Virus record (IMG/VR): IMGVR_UViG_3300022698_000267
Location: 1-64,000 of that record
Reading direction: 5' to 3' (one strand)
DNA: 64,000 bases
In this document: piece after piece, positions 51,955-60,810 of the stretch
Layout of the letters: each line of letters opens with the position of its first letter
How positions within the stretch are numbered: position 1 is the stretch's first letter
The notes under the pieces: model-generated
The model's database searches: none
What the model was told of the DNA's origin: nothing
What the model saw: only the letters and a program-made list of their open reading frames with translations
Translations under genes and position numbers: made by a program

Positions 51955-52343
51955 GCCAATCTTATTTTGAATTGTTTATATGAATTAGATCCAGATATTT
52001 CAAAATATTCCAGGAAATCATCAACCACAGTTTTTATGTAGAATGGAATTTTTACTAAAGTTCCTATTGCATTCAATTGCTCATTCTTCTGGATTGTTGT
52101 TGTCCATTGTAATCTATCCCACGAGAGGAAAACTCGAACCATCGACATTACACCCCTGACTTCCACTTTTATCATTTCTAATTCAATATCATTTACTATT
52201 AGAAATAGAGTCTCCTCTTCTTTCACAACAGTTTTGGTGTCTTTTAATTTGAAAACAGGTGATATTGGATTTAAATAATCTCCTGTTGATATTAGGTCGT
52301 AACTAGCTTGATCACTTCTTCCTATGTAGACTCCAGATAACAT
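51945..52343 (-). CDS. Hypothetical protein
   Basis: 132-aa ORF with RBS gagg. Confidence 0.55.
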   Translation of the reverse strand: MLSGVYIGRSDQASYDLISTGDYLNPISPVFKLKDTKTVVKEEETLFLIVNDIELEMIKVEVRGVMSMVRVFLSWDRLQWTTTIQKNEQLNAIGTLVKIPFYIKTVVDDFLEYFEISGSNSYKQFKIRLAYV

Positions 52344-52364
52344 ATTATACCTCGATTTTATAAT

Positions 52365-53906
52365 CTATTCTAACCAGCTCCACGTCATTTCTCCCATTCC
52401 AGACCCTTGTACTTTAACCGAACCTGTTAAAACTCCTGGTGTCTGTAGAAGAGCAATGCCTTCTCTTATTGCTCCGGTAACACCTTCTTCATAATAGAAA
52501 GTTACACTTTTTGATTTTGTTATAACACTAGTTGGACAGCATGAGCTAAATTTTGTAGCAGAATCCCAGTGATTTGTTCTAATAGAAGCATTTATCATAT
52601 TCTTTCCTGTTTCATCGTCTCCTGGATCCCCTCCACCAACATCTACTTGACCTCCACCACCTCCACCACCTCCACCACCTCCATCACCTCCATCATTCCA
52701 TTCCCCAGATACATCTGCTGTTGCTATCTCCCCATCTTTTACTGAAATTCTTCTTCGCAACATTCTGGCCATCCTAAAATGTCCTTCAGCTGGAACTACA
52801 CTCTTCGATGAGTTTCGAACTGCTACCGTTCCAGATTGTGTCAATCGATAACTTTTTGAATCCAACATTATTGAAGTTCCACCAGCTGAATATTTAGTTA
52901 CATTTGCTGCTGTCATTCTAGTTGAAATATTAAATTGAGCATTACATAGGGCTCCTTTGATCGCATTTATGGTTTCTGAAAATATTTTTAGTTCTGTGTA
53001 ATTTTGTGCACCTTCTGGACTTTCAATATTCTTTAATATGTAAGGGTCTATGTTTGACATTGTTTGTCGTTTTATGGTGTTAATAGCCCATTCTAATATT
53101 TGTGTTCTTCTGTTGAGCATTAACCATTCACCCCATACGTTTCCGTCGAAGTCAACGGTTTTCATATCATTTACAATTCTATGTGCCGCTATAGTCCCGA
53201 AGAAGTTTGCATTTAGGAAAGTTAACGCTGCTATTACCGCTGTGCTACAAGTACATAGTATGTTTGCAGCTAGTAAATGTATCACCAATCCAATTGCTCC
53301 TCTTCCAATGCTTCCTATCATATAAGATTTTGTTTTTGGTGAAGGATCTTCTGGTTGTACTATTGCAGCATCTAAATTTGGAGCATCCATTACTAGCTCC
53401 CATCTAGTATCTGCATCTGCTCTTGGATAAATTAGTGGAAGTTGAATATCAACATCCCTTTCTTGTACATTGTATGTATACACACTTCCCAGTGATGAAC
53501 CACTAGTTAGTGCACCCAAACAATCAGATAGAAAAGAAATGTATTTATCATCACCGGAATTTATGATTTCCTCTGTTGCTTTGAATTTTAATATACCGGA
53601 ATCTATCATGTCTCTTCCAATTGCATCAGAGCCAACATCAGATTTGAATTTAAATTCCTTTCCATCTTCATCTTCTAGAACTTCATGATAGGTATATTGA
53701 GTATTTCTCTCGCTGATTTGCGAGGTATCCCAATGTTCACCAGCTATATTGATATTGTTACTTGTAGCGGCGGATATAACCTGTTCCACTTTACCTAAAA
53801 CGTCTGAAATCTGTGCATCTTCACTTCCTGGAAGTGAATAACTATCATCTTGTAAATCTCCAATTCCAGGAACTGAATCGCCAAATAATATTGATGGTAC
53901 GCCCAT
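52365..53906 (-). CDS. Hypothetical (probably structural) protein with a poly-Gly tract
   Basis: 513 aa; GGDGGGGGGGGGGGQ encoded by ggt/gga repeats. Confidence 0.6.
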   Translation of the reverse strand: MGVPSILFGDSVPGIGDLQDDSYSLPGSEDAQISDVLGKVEQVISAATSNNINIAGEHWDTSQISERNTQYTYHEVLEDEDGKEFKFKSDVGSDAIGRDMIDSGILKFKATEEIINSGDDKYISFLSDCLGALTSGSSLGSVYTYNVQERDVDIQLPLIYPRADADTRWELVMDAPNLDAAIVQPEDPSPKTKSYMIGSIGRGAIGLVIHLLAANILCTCSTAVIAALTFLNANFFGTIAAHRIVNDMKTVDFDGNVWGEWLMLNRRTQILEWAINTIKRQTMSNIDPYILKNIESPEGAQNYTELKIFSETINAIKGALCNAQFNISTRMTAANVTKYSAGGTSIMLDSKSYRLTQSGTVAVRNSSKSVVPAEGHFRMARMLRRRISVKDGEIATADVSGEWNDGGDGGGGGGGGGGGQVDVGGGDPGDDETGKNMINASIRTNHWDSATKFSSCCPTSVITKSKSVTFYYEEGVTGAIREGIALLQTPGVLTGSVKVQGSGMGEMTWSWLE

Positions 53907-53978
53907 TCTTGAAATCCTTTTAAAACATTCGATACTAACATATGTTTTTCTTTACATTGATTTTGTTGTGGAGTTCTT

Positions 53979-54701
53979 ATGAATACAGAAACAGGGGTCA
54001 TCGTTGTTGGTGATCAAACTATAGGGTATACCGAGAGACTAACATGCTTACGGTGGGATATTCCTGCAGATGTTGTTACTGAAAGATCAGCATATACAGA
54101 AGATCCCTTCTATCTTTTTTACACTACAAGGTATTCTACGCAGAATTACATCCTTACAACGTACTCTACCAGATGGACCTCTTATGTAGTTGAACAACAA
54201 ACATATTCAGAAAAGTATATCATTCTAGATTATGCCAAAAGAGAAGTTACAGAAAGACACTATTATTACTATCCAGATAGTGCAAACAGATTCTTATTCG
54301 TTCAAGGTCTTTTAACTAATACTCCATTGTTACTAAAGTATCCAAAATATTTCAATTGGAATTACATTCCACAAATTGTTAATCCTAGATTTGATATCTG
54401 GTCATTTTATCCTTTAGAAAAAAATGATTTAACTTTAAAAATAGTTGGAAGTTCTGGAACGATTTTATATTACAATTATGGAATATCACAGGATTCTTTT
54501 TTGATAGAAGAATTTCCTCAATCACCACCTCCACCACCTCCTGTGGGTTCAATACTTCCACCTGGACCATTGGATCCTCCACCTTGTAGATACAGGATTA
54601 CAGTTTATGTTAATCATGTATTTGAAAATGAAGAGACAATTAATTGCTATCTAACAGTTTTTGATTCGAAAGGAAATTATTTGAAGGATGGAATGTGGTA
54701 A
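53979..54701 (+). CDS. Hypothetical Tyr-rich protein with a poly-Pro insert
   Basis: 240 aa with RBS ggag. Confidence 0.55.
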   Translation: MNTETGVIVVGDQTIGYTERLTCLRWDIPADVVTERSAYTEDPFYLFYTTRYSTQNYILTTYSTRWTSYVVEQQTYSEKYIILDYAKREVTERHYYYYPDSANRFLFVQGLLTNTPLLLKYPKYFNWNYIPQIVNPRFDIWSFYPLEKNDLTLKIVGSSGTILYYNYGISQDSFLIEEFPQSPPPPPPVGSILPPGPLDPPPCRYRITVYVNHVFENEETINCYLTVFDSKGNYLKDGMW

Positions 54702-54760
54702 ATAATGATTATTTTCTAAAAACTTAAAGGTGATTTAAAGGGGATAAGGAGCAGAACATT

Positions 54761-54988
54761 ATGGATTTTCATTCTTTGTGTAGTAGACTAGATGATTTTC
54801 TAGAAAGAATTCCACCTAGTTTAGATAGTAATGACAGTAGAATTCAGTTTTTGTCTTCGATTAAGGATTTCAACAAGACTCTTTCTGAAATAAATTTCGC
54901 TTCTTTATCGGAAGATCAAAATTTTATCATAAAAACGAAGTTGGGTTTGTTAGATAAAGCTTTTGATTTTCATTTGATGAATATATAG
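54761..54988 (+). CDS. Hypothetical protein
   Basis: RBS aaggag. Confidence 0.5.
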   Translation: MDFHSLCSRLDDFLERIPPSLDSNDSRIQFLSSIKDFNKTLSEINFASLSEDQNFIIKTKLGLLDKAFDFHLMNI

Positions 54989-55001
54989 GGAGGTACTAAT
55001 T

Positions 55002-55406
55002 TTGACAAAGCTATTGATTCCAAAAGTTAAAGAACAGGCCCTTAGAAATCCTGATGACACTCCACCAGATCAAACTGTAGATGAAAATCTTCCTCCAGAT
55101 GATTCTGCAATGGATGAGACTCTACAGGAAGATACAATGGTCGAAAAAATAACAGTGGTTGCTTACGATGAAGATCAAAGGATTGCACGTTTATTGGACT
55201 ACATTAAACAACTAAGTGACCAAGGATACAGTTTTCGAATTGTCGTAGATCCGGAACATGAAGAGACTATGAAAGCTTTTCATTGGGAAGGTGAAGGAAT
55301 TGATGAAATTCTAAGTGTTGACATGGAAGAAATTCCGATCAGTGAAGTTGACGTTTCGGGAGATGAAGAGGATATGAATCCTCCCCCTCCTCTCCCTGAA
55401 GAATAA
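55002..55406 (+). CDS. Acidic hypothetical protein
   Basis: RBS ggagg with a TTG start. Confidence 0.6.
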   Translation: MTKLLIPKVKEQALRNPDDTPPDQTVDENLPPDDSAMDETLQEDTMVEKITVVAYDEDQRIARLLDYIKQLSDQGYSFRIVVDPEHEETMKAFHWEGEGIDEILSVDMEEIPISEVDVSGDEEDMNPPPPLPEE

Positions 55407-55768
55407 TCTTTTTCATTCAATGAGTATCTGGATATCCCTGGTGGATCTACTAATTCTTTTTCCTTATTGTGGAAATTCTTTTCATTCCTCCTATAGAAAT
55501 CTTCGATACAAATCTTTTTAGACTACAAAAACTTCCTGTAATTTCTTTTCATTTCTAGAGGTTTTATTATTTTCTATATGAAAAAATTGTAATTCTATAG
55601 ATTTGTAACTTCTGCTTTTCTTATATGTAAGGAAATTTTTAATCCTTTATTCTACTTTCCAATTATTTCTAAAGGTGGAAAATCTAAGTTTTAACTTTTT
55701 GATTACTTCGTTTATTTGTTTTGTGTGATAGTTTAAAAAACCTTGTTTAAATTCCTGAGGAGGTTGAG

Positions 55769-55906
55769 TTGAAAAGAGCTGTAACTTACACTAGAAATGA
55801 ATGTCCTAAATGCCATTCTAGTTTATCCATCAGAAATACTTGATCTGCTACTATCAAAATCTGCAGGGCTTGTGGATATAAGGAAATAGATAAGAGAGAA
55901 AGATAG
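55769..55906 (+). pseudogene. Small zinc-ribbon ORF interrupted by an in-frame TGA
   Basis: RBS gaggagg with TTG start; MKRAVTYTRNECPKCHSSLSIRNT*SATIKICRACGYKEIDKRER; TGA at 55841. Confidence 0.5.
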
Positions 55907-55938
55907 AATTTCATAAATCCTAATTTTGGAGGGTTCTC

Positions 55939-56235
55939 ATGCCTACTTGGTTAAAGTACATTTTTGCTGGTGGTGCCGTTTTAAAGATTTTGATTTCTTC
56001 AATTCCAAAAGCACTTCAAGATAAGAAGTTGACGATTGATGAACTTGCATCTCTCTTGAAGGAAATTTGTTCCATTTTTGGTTGGACTTTAGAAATTCAA
56101 ATTCCAGACAAATTTTCGGATACTTATTTGAATGTTGCTGGAGACATTGGAGCATATAATCCTCCAGTTAAACCACCAACTAGTACACAAGAAGTCAAAC
56201 CAGATAACGAACAAGAACAAATTATCGAAGGATGA
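55939..56235 (+). CDS. Hypothetical protein
   Basis: RBS ggagg; 98 aa. Confidence 0.6.
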   Translation: MPTWLKYIFAGGAVLKILISSIPKALQDKKLTIDELASLLKEICSIFGWTLEIQIPDKFSDTYLNVAGDIGAYNPPVKPPTSTQEVKPDNEQEQIIEG

Positions 56236-56424
56236 TTATCATTTACAACTTTTTGAAAAGGGAATTTTTGTGAAGCCTAGAACTATTAACAGGAATAAAG
56301 AAAGAAGAATTGAAGAAAAGAAAAATAAAGAACTTGAAGAATTTTTGGTTTCTAAAAAGAATTCCAAAAAGAGAAAGTTAAAGAAGAGAGGAATTGTCGA
56401 AGACGAAGTTACAAATAAAAAGGA

Positions 56425-57327
56425 TCATGTTCCAGAGAAGAAAGGTTTGGGAACTCTGGCAGATGTATGGCCTAAGTTACAGACATGATTTTTTAGAATT
56501 TTGTTGATAGCCTCTCTCTCATCACAATTGATTTTACGAATTAACTCTTTTTTGCAGTGCATGCAATAGAGACCTTTATACTGGGTTTCACTTACAATCC
56601 TAGATCGAAAATTTCTACGTTTTCCATCCACACATATCATTCTGAATCTTCCACTTATATTAACCTTTTTTCTTATTTGTTTGTGCCATAAGATTATTCC
56701 ACATTTTCTTATATTCAGTTCTATCTCATTTGCTTCTATTCCAATTTTTAGACCAATTTGTTCTGGAACTCTTTTGTTTTCCACGTATTCACAATAAAGA
56801 AGATCTGAAAAAGTTTCATATCCATGTTTATTAGCAATTTTACATAGAATTTTATTGTTGTGAACAATTTTTGGATCTATACAATGACATTTATTTGTAT
56901 AACCTATATAACCGAAACAATGATGTTTCTTTATAATTTTTCTACAGTCTAAATTTTCTTTCCACTCAGTAATTAGAACTTTTCCACAATGTCTACATCG
57001 AACGTTTGAGAATTTATTTTCCTTTATACTTTTGGAAATGAATATTCTCTCTTTTTTATCAGGACCAAGTATTCTAAATATTCCTTTGGTATTTTTTATA
57101 AAGTTTGCACCACCACTTGTTTTTCTTGTAACACCCAAAGCGTCCATTTTATTAGTGTCTAATGAAAAACCCAGTTTCTTTGAAAAACTACGTACTCCCC
57201 AACCTTCTTCTTCATACAGACAATAAATCATATCTGATACTGTTTCATATCCTAATGTATCTGCTGCATTTTGCCATTCTTCTAATGTATATCCAAAATT
57301 CTTTTCTGTTAGACAGGTAACAAGCAT
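56425..57327 (-). CDS. Internally duplicated Cys/His-rich putative DNA-binding protein
   Basis: Two similar halves: GYETVSDMIYCLYEE/GYETFSDLLYCEYVE, GIFRILGPDKKER/GRFRMICVDGKRR, CRHCGKVLI/CMHCKKELI. Confidence 0.65.
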   Translation of the reverse strand: MLVTCLTEKNFGYTLEEWQNAADTLGYETVSDMIYCLYEEEGWGVRSFSKKLGFSLDTNKMDALGVTRKTSGGANFIKNTKGIFRILGPDKKERIFISKSIKENKFSNVRCRHCGKVLITEWKENLDCRKIIKKHHCFGYIGYTNKCHCIDPKIVHNNKILCKIANKHGYETFSDLLYCEYVENKRVPEQIGLKIGIEANEIELNIRKCGIILWHKQIRKKVNISGRFRMICVDGKRRNFRSRIVSETQYKGLYCMHCKKELIRKINCDEREAINKILKNHVCNLGHTSARVPKPFFSGT

Positions 57328-57393
57328 TCTATTTCCCCTATGAATCGCAAAACATTATTTATTATCAAATTTTAGTAATAACAGGGAATTGTC

Positions 57394-57687
57394 ATGTCTA
57401 CCAACGACGAAATTGAAAAAGATTTACATTTGGATGAATCTGCTAACGAGGCCTGGAATGAATTTATGCATGTAAATGGGATTGATGGAAATACATTTCA
57501 ATTTAGTGTTTCTATTCTTGATGTGGTTGATAAGATAAAAAAGTTCTTTGCAGAAGAGGAAAAGAAAGAAACAAAATGGATTTATGAATGTTGTAAAGAA
57601 CCTCCAGTTAAGGAGGAAGGATGGGTTCCAGATCCCTATTGTCCGAAACATGGAGGTCTTCTAATTCGAGTTGATTCAGAGGAATAA
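57394..57687 (+). CDS. Hypothetical protein with C-terminal CC...CPKH
   Basis: 97-aa ORF. Confidence 0.55.
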   Translation: MSTNDEIEKDLHLDESANEAWNEFMHVNGIDGNTFQFSVSILDVVDKIKKFFAEEEKKETKWIYECCKEPPVKEEGWVPDPYCPKHGGLLIRVDSEE

Positions 57688-57717
57688 TACTAAAAATTTG
57701 GAAGGTGACACATAATC

Positions 57718-58023
57718 ATGAAGATAGCATATTTTCCACAACTTTGTCCTATTTGTACTAAAAAGGACTCTTCTTTTAAATCCATAGATTCTACTGAGAT
57801 TATTTTGTTGAAGAGAATCGAAGCTTTGCAAACTGGACTACGAAAACTTGCTGCATCCAGAGATAGGGCTAGAAACAGACTTAATGTATTTGGTGATCTT
57901 CCATTGGTTAGCAAGTTTATGAACTTGACAGCTGAAGAGACTAAAAATGTAGGTAAATTGAAAGTGTTTGAAAGAGTTTTGAAAGAAAATTTGGACTTAC
58001 GAAAACAAATTGAGGCTATATAA
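57718..58023 (+). CDS. Hypothetical protein
   Basis: 101 aa, directly upstream of the actin gene. Confidence 0.55.
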   Translation: MKIAYFPQLCPICTKKDSSFKSIDSTEIILLKRIEALQTGLRKLAASRDRARNRLNVFGDLPLVSKFMNLTAEETKNVGKLKVFERVLKENLDLRKQIEAI

Positions 58024-58024
58024 A

Positions 58025-59032
58025 ATGGGAACAACTTACTATTGTGGTATTGATTTGGGAACAAGTAGAACTAGTATTGCAACATCAACAGGGATACGAT
58101 ACACGACGGATTCGGTGGTTGGTTATGCTAAAGACCTTATATCAAGTAAGAGATTTGGGGCTAATTACCTTCTTGGAAAAGATGCTATTGAAAATAGACT
58201 TTCTTTAAATATGGTTTGGCCATTGAGCAATGGTGTTATTAACAAAGACGATTCTTTGGCTATGGATACAGTTAAGTTAATTTTGAAGAATCTATTAGCT
58301 TATGCCATACCAGATAAAAAAGATGACGATAATCTAATGGTTGCTATTGGAGTTCCTGCACAAGCAGGAGTTGAAAATAAAGCCGACATTCTTAAAATTG
58401 GAAATGATTTAGTTTCCAAGACCTTGATTGTATCTGAACCTTTTGCAGTAGCTTATGGACTGGATCGTTTTGACGAAGTTTTAATGATTGACTGTGGTGC
58501 TGGAACAGTAGATTTAGTAAGGATTTATGGTTCTTTTCCAGAAGAGAAGGATCAAATCACTTTAACAACTGCTGGTAACTTTTTAGACGAAACATTGAAA
58601 GAAGCAATTTTGAAAAATCATCCAGAAGTACAACTGACAAACAACATTGTAAAGAAACTAAAAGAAAAGTATGGTTTTGTTACGGTTTCTGAGCAAATCA
58701 AACACACTTTCAGAGAAGGTGGTAAGCCAAAGACATATGATATAACTTCACAAATGTATGAGGCTTGTCTTAAATTTACAGCTCCAATTTGTGAGGCTGT
58801 TGAAAAATTGATTTCCGATTTTGATCCAGAGTTTCAAGAAAAACTAAGAAACAATATCATTGTTGCTGGAGGTGGTTCCAGATTAAAAGGTATTGACAGA
58901 GAGATTGAGAAAGGTCTAATCCCTTATGGAGGTGGGAATGTTATAACTGTTCAAGATGCGGAATTTGCAGGTGCTGAAGGTGCTTTAAAGATGGCTCTTG
59001 AAATGCCAGAAGAATATTGGGGTAAATTGTAA
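58025..59032 (+). CDS. mamK: Actin-like ATPase, MamK-like subfamily
   Basis: GIDLGTS, SVVGYAKD, IGVPA, VSEPFAVAYGLD, IDCGAGTVD, DQITLTTAGNFLDE, NIIVAGGGSRLKG and GALKMALEMPEEYW are collinear with MamK as recalled (SEPF.VGYGL, DQVTL.KAGN, GAL.LA.ELP..YW). Start is ATG 58025. Confidence 0.8.
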   Translation: MGTTYYCGIDLGTSRTSIATSTGIRYTTDSVVGYAKDLISSKRFGANYLLGKDAIENRLSLNMVWPLSNGVINKDDSLAMDTVKLILKNLLAYAIPDKKDDDNLMVAIGVPAQAGVENKADILKIGNDLVSKTLIVSEPFAVAYGLDRFDEVLMIDCGAGTVDLVRIYGSFPEEKDQITLTTAGNFLDETLKEAILKNHPEVQLTNNIVKKLKEKYGFVTVSEQIKHTFREGGKPKTYDITSQMYEACLKFTAPICEAVEKLISDFDPEFQEKLRNNIIVAGGGSRLKGIDREIEKGLIPYGGGNVITVQDAEFAGAEGALKMALEMPEEYWGKL

Positions 59033-59057
59033 AATCGAAATTGAAGGAGTATGTCAT

Positions 59058-59228
59058 ATGAGTAAAAATTCGGTATTAGAAGCAGAAGATGTTGAACGCA
59101 AAATAGAAACTTGTCCTGGCATACTTGGGTCTGTTGGTGAAACTTTAATTTGTTCTTTAACTAAATCTGCCTGTATTAAATCTAAAGGCAAGTGTATTTT
59201 TCTTCATTGGATGAATGACAATAAATAG
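59058..59228 (+). CDS. Small Cys-rich protein
   Basis: RBS aaggag before ATG 59058; four Cys. Confidence 0.5.
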   Translation: MSKNSVLEAEDVERKIETCPGILGSVGETLICSLTKSACIKSKGKCIFLHWMNDNK

Positions 59229-59242
59229 GAAGGAGACTTAGA

Positions 59243-59473
59243 ATGAGCTACAAAGAACTAAATGATTTTGAGTTAATTCCCGAAAATGCTGAAATAAAAA
59301 TCTATAAGAATTGGATTCCTGTCCAAGAATATGAACATGGAAAATTGATTGGGAAGCCTGTTGCCGAATATAACATTCCTGCTAGAGTTAAACAGCAACT
59401 TCCAAAGTCCAATCGTTCTAATGCTGATGCAATAAGATTTAGAAAACCACCGCATCTTAGAGAGAAAAAATAG
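59243..59473 (+). CDS. Hypothetical protein
   Basis: RBS aaggag. Confidence 0.55.
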   Translation: MSYKELNDFELIPENAEIKIYKNWIPVQEYEHGKLIGKPVAEYNIPARVKQQLPKSNRSNADAIRFRKPPHLREKK

Positions 59474-59482
59474 GAGGACACT

Positions 59483-59842
59483 TTGGGAAGAGTTAATATG
59501 AAAGAAGTTCTTTCTAATCTTGAAATGTCACCTGATTCTTTCGATTCTGTTTCTAAATGCAGAGATTTTAGATTGGCATCGAAGAACTTGGATCTTTTTA
59601 AATCTGATGTTCGGAAGAAAAGAAGACAACTTGCCAAGAAATATCATCCAGATATTTCTGGGGATGTAAATTCTTCTAGAATGCAGTTAATCAATCATAT
59701 GGTAGAGATTGTTGAAAAATTAGCTATAAGACCTCCGATTAGAAGACCCCTACCTGGAATAACGATGGTTTTTCAACACCGTTCTGGAAATGGAGCAGTG
59801 TCTTTCACCATGCGTACTCAGTTTAATTCTGCCCGACATTGA
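59483..59842 (+). CDS. J-domain-like protein
   Basis: VRKKRRQLAKKYHPD...MQLIN; RBS aggagg. Confidence 0.7.
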   Translation: MGRVNMKEVLSNLEMSPDSFDSVSKCRDFRLASKNLDLFKSDVRKKRRQLAKKYHPDISGDVNSSRMQLINHMVEIVEKLAIRPPIRRPLPGITMVFQHRSGNGAVSFTMRTQFNSARH

Positions 59843-59873
59843 TGATTGTGATTCAAAAATTTAAAAATTTCTC

Positions 59874-59902
59874 TTGACAAACTTCTAAAATATACTAATA
59901 AT
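59874..59902 (+). promoter_or_regulatory. Sigma70-like promoter for the structured-RNA array
   Basis: TTGACA (59874-59879), 17 bp spacer, AATAAT (59897-59902). Confidence 0.65.
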
Positions 59903-59946
59903 ACATTGTAGTTAAAATTTTGTTCTTTTTCAAATGAATAGCTTAA

Positions 59947-60092
59947 AATTAAAGGGCTTGAAAGGTTGTTCAGAATACCATGGGTTCGATCCCCATTTTT
60001 CCAGCCAAAAATTTGGAAAATAGCCTAATTGGTTAAGGCACTTGACTGATAATCAAGAATTTAATAATCAACCTTTTTCCCATCCTTTAATT
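59947..60092 (+). ncRNA. Array unit 1: scaffolded, circularly permuted tRNA-like RNA (break in variable loop; anticodon GAT)
   Basis: T arm atggg-ttcgatc-cccat (59980-59996); ttttcca-G-CCA; linker aaaatt; tggaaaa; D arm gcct..aggc; anticodon arm cttga-ctGATaa-tcaag. Closing stems aattaaagg/cctttaatt and aaaggttg/caaccttt. Confidence 0.85.
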
Positions 60093-60098
60093 CTAATA

Positions 60099-60229
60099 TT
60101 TTAGGAATAGAGCTTGTAAGTGATTACAGATTAGCTCAATTGGATAGAGCATCAACCTCAAAAGTTGAATGTTGTGGGTTCAATTCCCATATCTACAAAA
60201 TATTACTTTCGTCTATTCTATTCCTAAAA
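60099..60229 (+). ncRNA. Array unit 2: scaffolded tRNA-like RNA, unpermuted, joined via a truncated acceptor (anticodon CAA, no CCA)
   Basis: agat; D arm gctc..gagc; tcaac-ctCAAaa-gttga; T arm gtggg-ttcaatt-cccat; atct. Closing stems ttttaggaataga/tctattcctaaaa and aagtgat/attactt. Confidence 0.8.
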
Positions 60230-60403
60230 AATTTAAAATTTTGAGAAGCTCAATAGTTATTACAGAGTATAATACGGAACGCTTGGTTGGAGGTTCAAGT
60301 CCTCCACCCCCGACCAAATTTGACGGGGGTTAGCTCAATTGGTAGAGCAGGTGTAAAAATTACAAAGAAATGACTATTTAAAAATTTCTCAAAATTTTAA
60401 ATT
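60230..60403 (+). ncRNA. Array unit 3: permuted tRNA-like RNA opened in the anticodon loop (YrlA-type geometry)
   Basis: acgct-tggtt; T arm ggagg-ttcaagt-cctcc; acccccg-A-CCA; linker aatttga; cgggggt; D arm gctc..gagc; ggtgt (pairs with acgct). 18-bp closing stem aatttaaaattttgagaa/ttctcaaaattttaaatt. Confidence 0.85.
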
Positions 60404-60414
60404 CTAAAAGCATA

Positions 60415-60462
60415 AAAATATACTAATAATATATTGTAGTTGAAAATTTTGTTCTTTGAAAA
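60415..60462 (+). promoter_or_regulatory. Second copy of the array leader (dup of 59887-59928) with a boxA-like element
   Basis: aaaatatactaataata(c/t)attgtagtt(g)aaaattttgttcttt occurs twice; TGTTCTTTGAAAA at 60450-60462. Confidence 0.6.
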
Positions 60463-60626
60463 TAAGCTAGAAGGCTCAGAAGGTGTTACAGAAATATGGA
60501 GGTTCGAGCCCTTCCCTGGCCACCACATTTATGGCCAGGTAGCCGAATTGGTACAGGCACTTGACTATGGATCAAGCAATACATTTTACACATCTTGTAA
60601 CCTTCTTCTAGCTTATTTTGAAAGAA
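60452..60626 (+). ncRNA. Array unit 4: permuted tRNA-like RNA (break in variable loop; anticodon ATG)
   Basis: T arm ggagg-ttcgagc-ccttc; cctggcc-A-CCA; linker catttat; ggccagg; D arm gcc..ggc; cttga-ctATGga-tcaag. ~22-bp closing stem with one mismatch. Confidence 0.85.
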
Positions 60627-60653
60627 TAAATTTTGTTCTTTGAGATGTAAATA

Positions 60654-60805
60654 AAACTAGAGGGCTAAAAAGTTATTACAGAAAATTTTGCCTAGTAAGC
60701 AGAAGATGTGGGTTCGAATCCCATACCCTCCACCAAATCTTATGGGGGGTTGGCTCAATTGGTAGAGCTCAAATTATGAAATAACTTTTATCCAACCTTT
60801 GGTTT
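60654..60805 (+). ncRNA. Array unit 5: permuted tRNA-like RNA (break between D and anticodon arms; anticodon AGT; G3:U70)
   Basis: tttgc-ctAGTaa-gcaga; agat; gtggg-ttcgaat-cccat; accctcc-A-CCA; linker aatcttat; ggggggt; gctc..gagc. Stems aaactagagg/cctttggttt and aaaagttat/ataactttt. Confidence 0.85.
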
Positions 60806-60810
60806 ATAAT

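Noticed and set aside
60440-60643. Track ORF of 67 aa
   Set aside because: It overlaps RNA unit 4 entirely and has a TTG start with no RBS; the sequence is explained by RNA structure.
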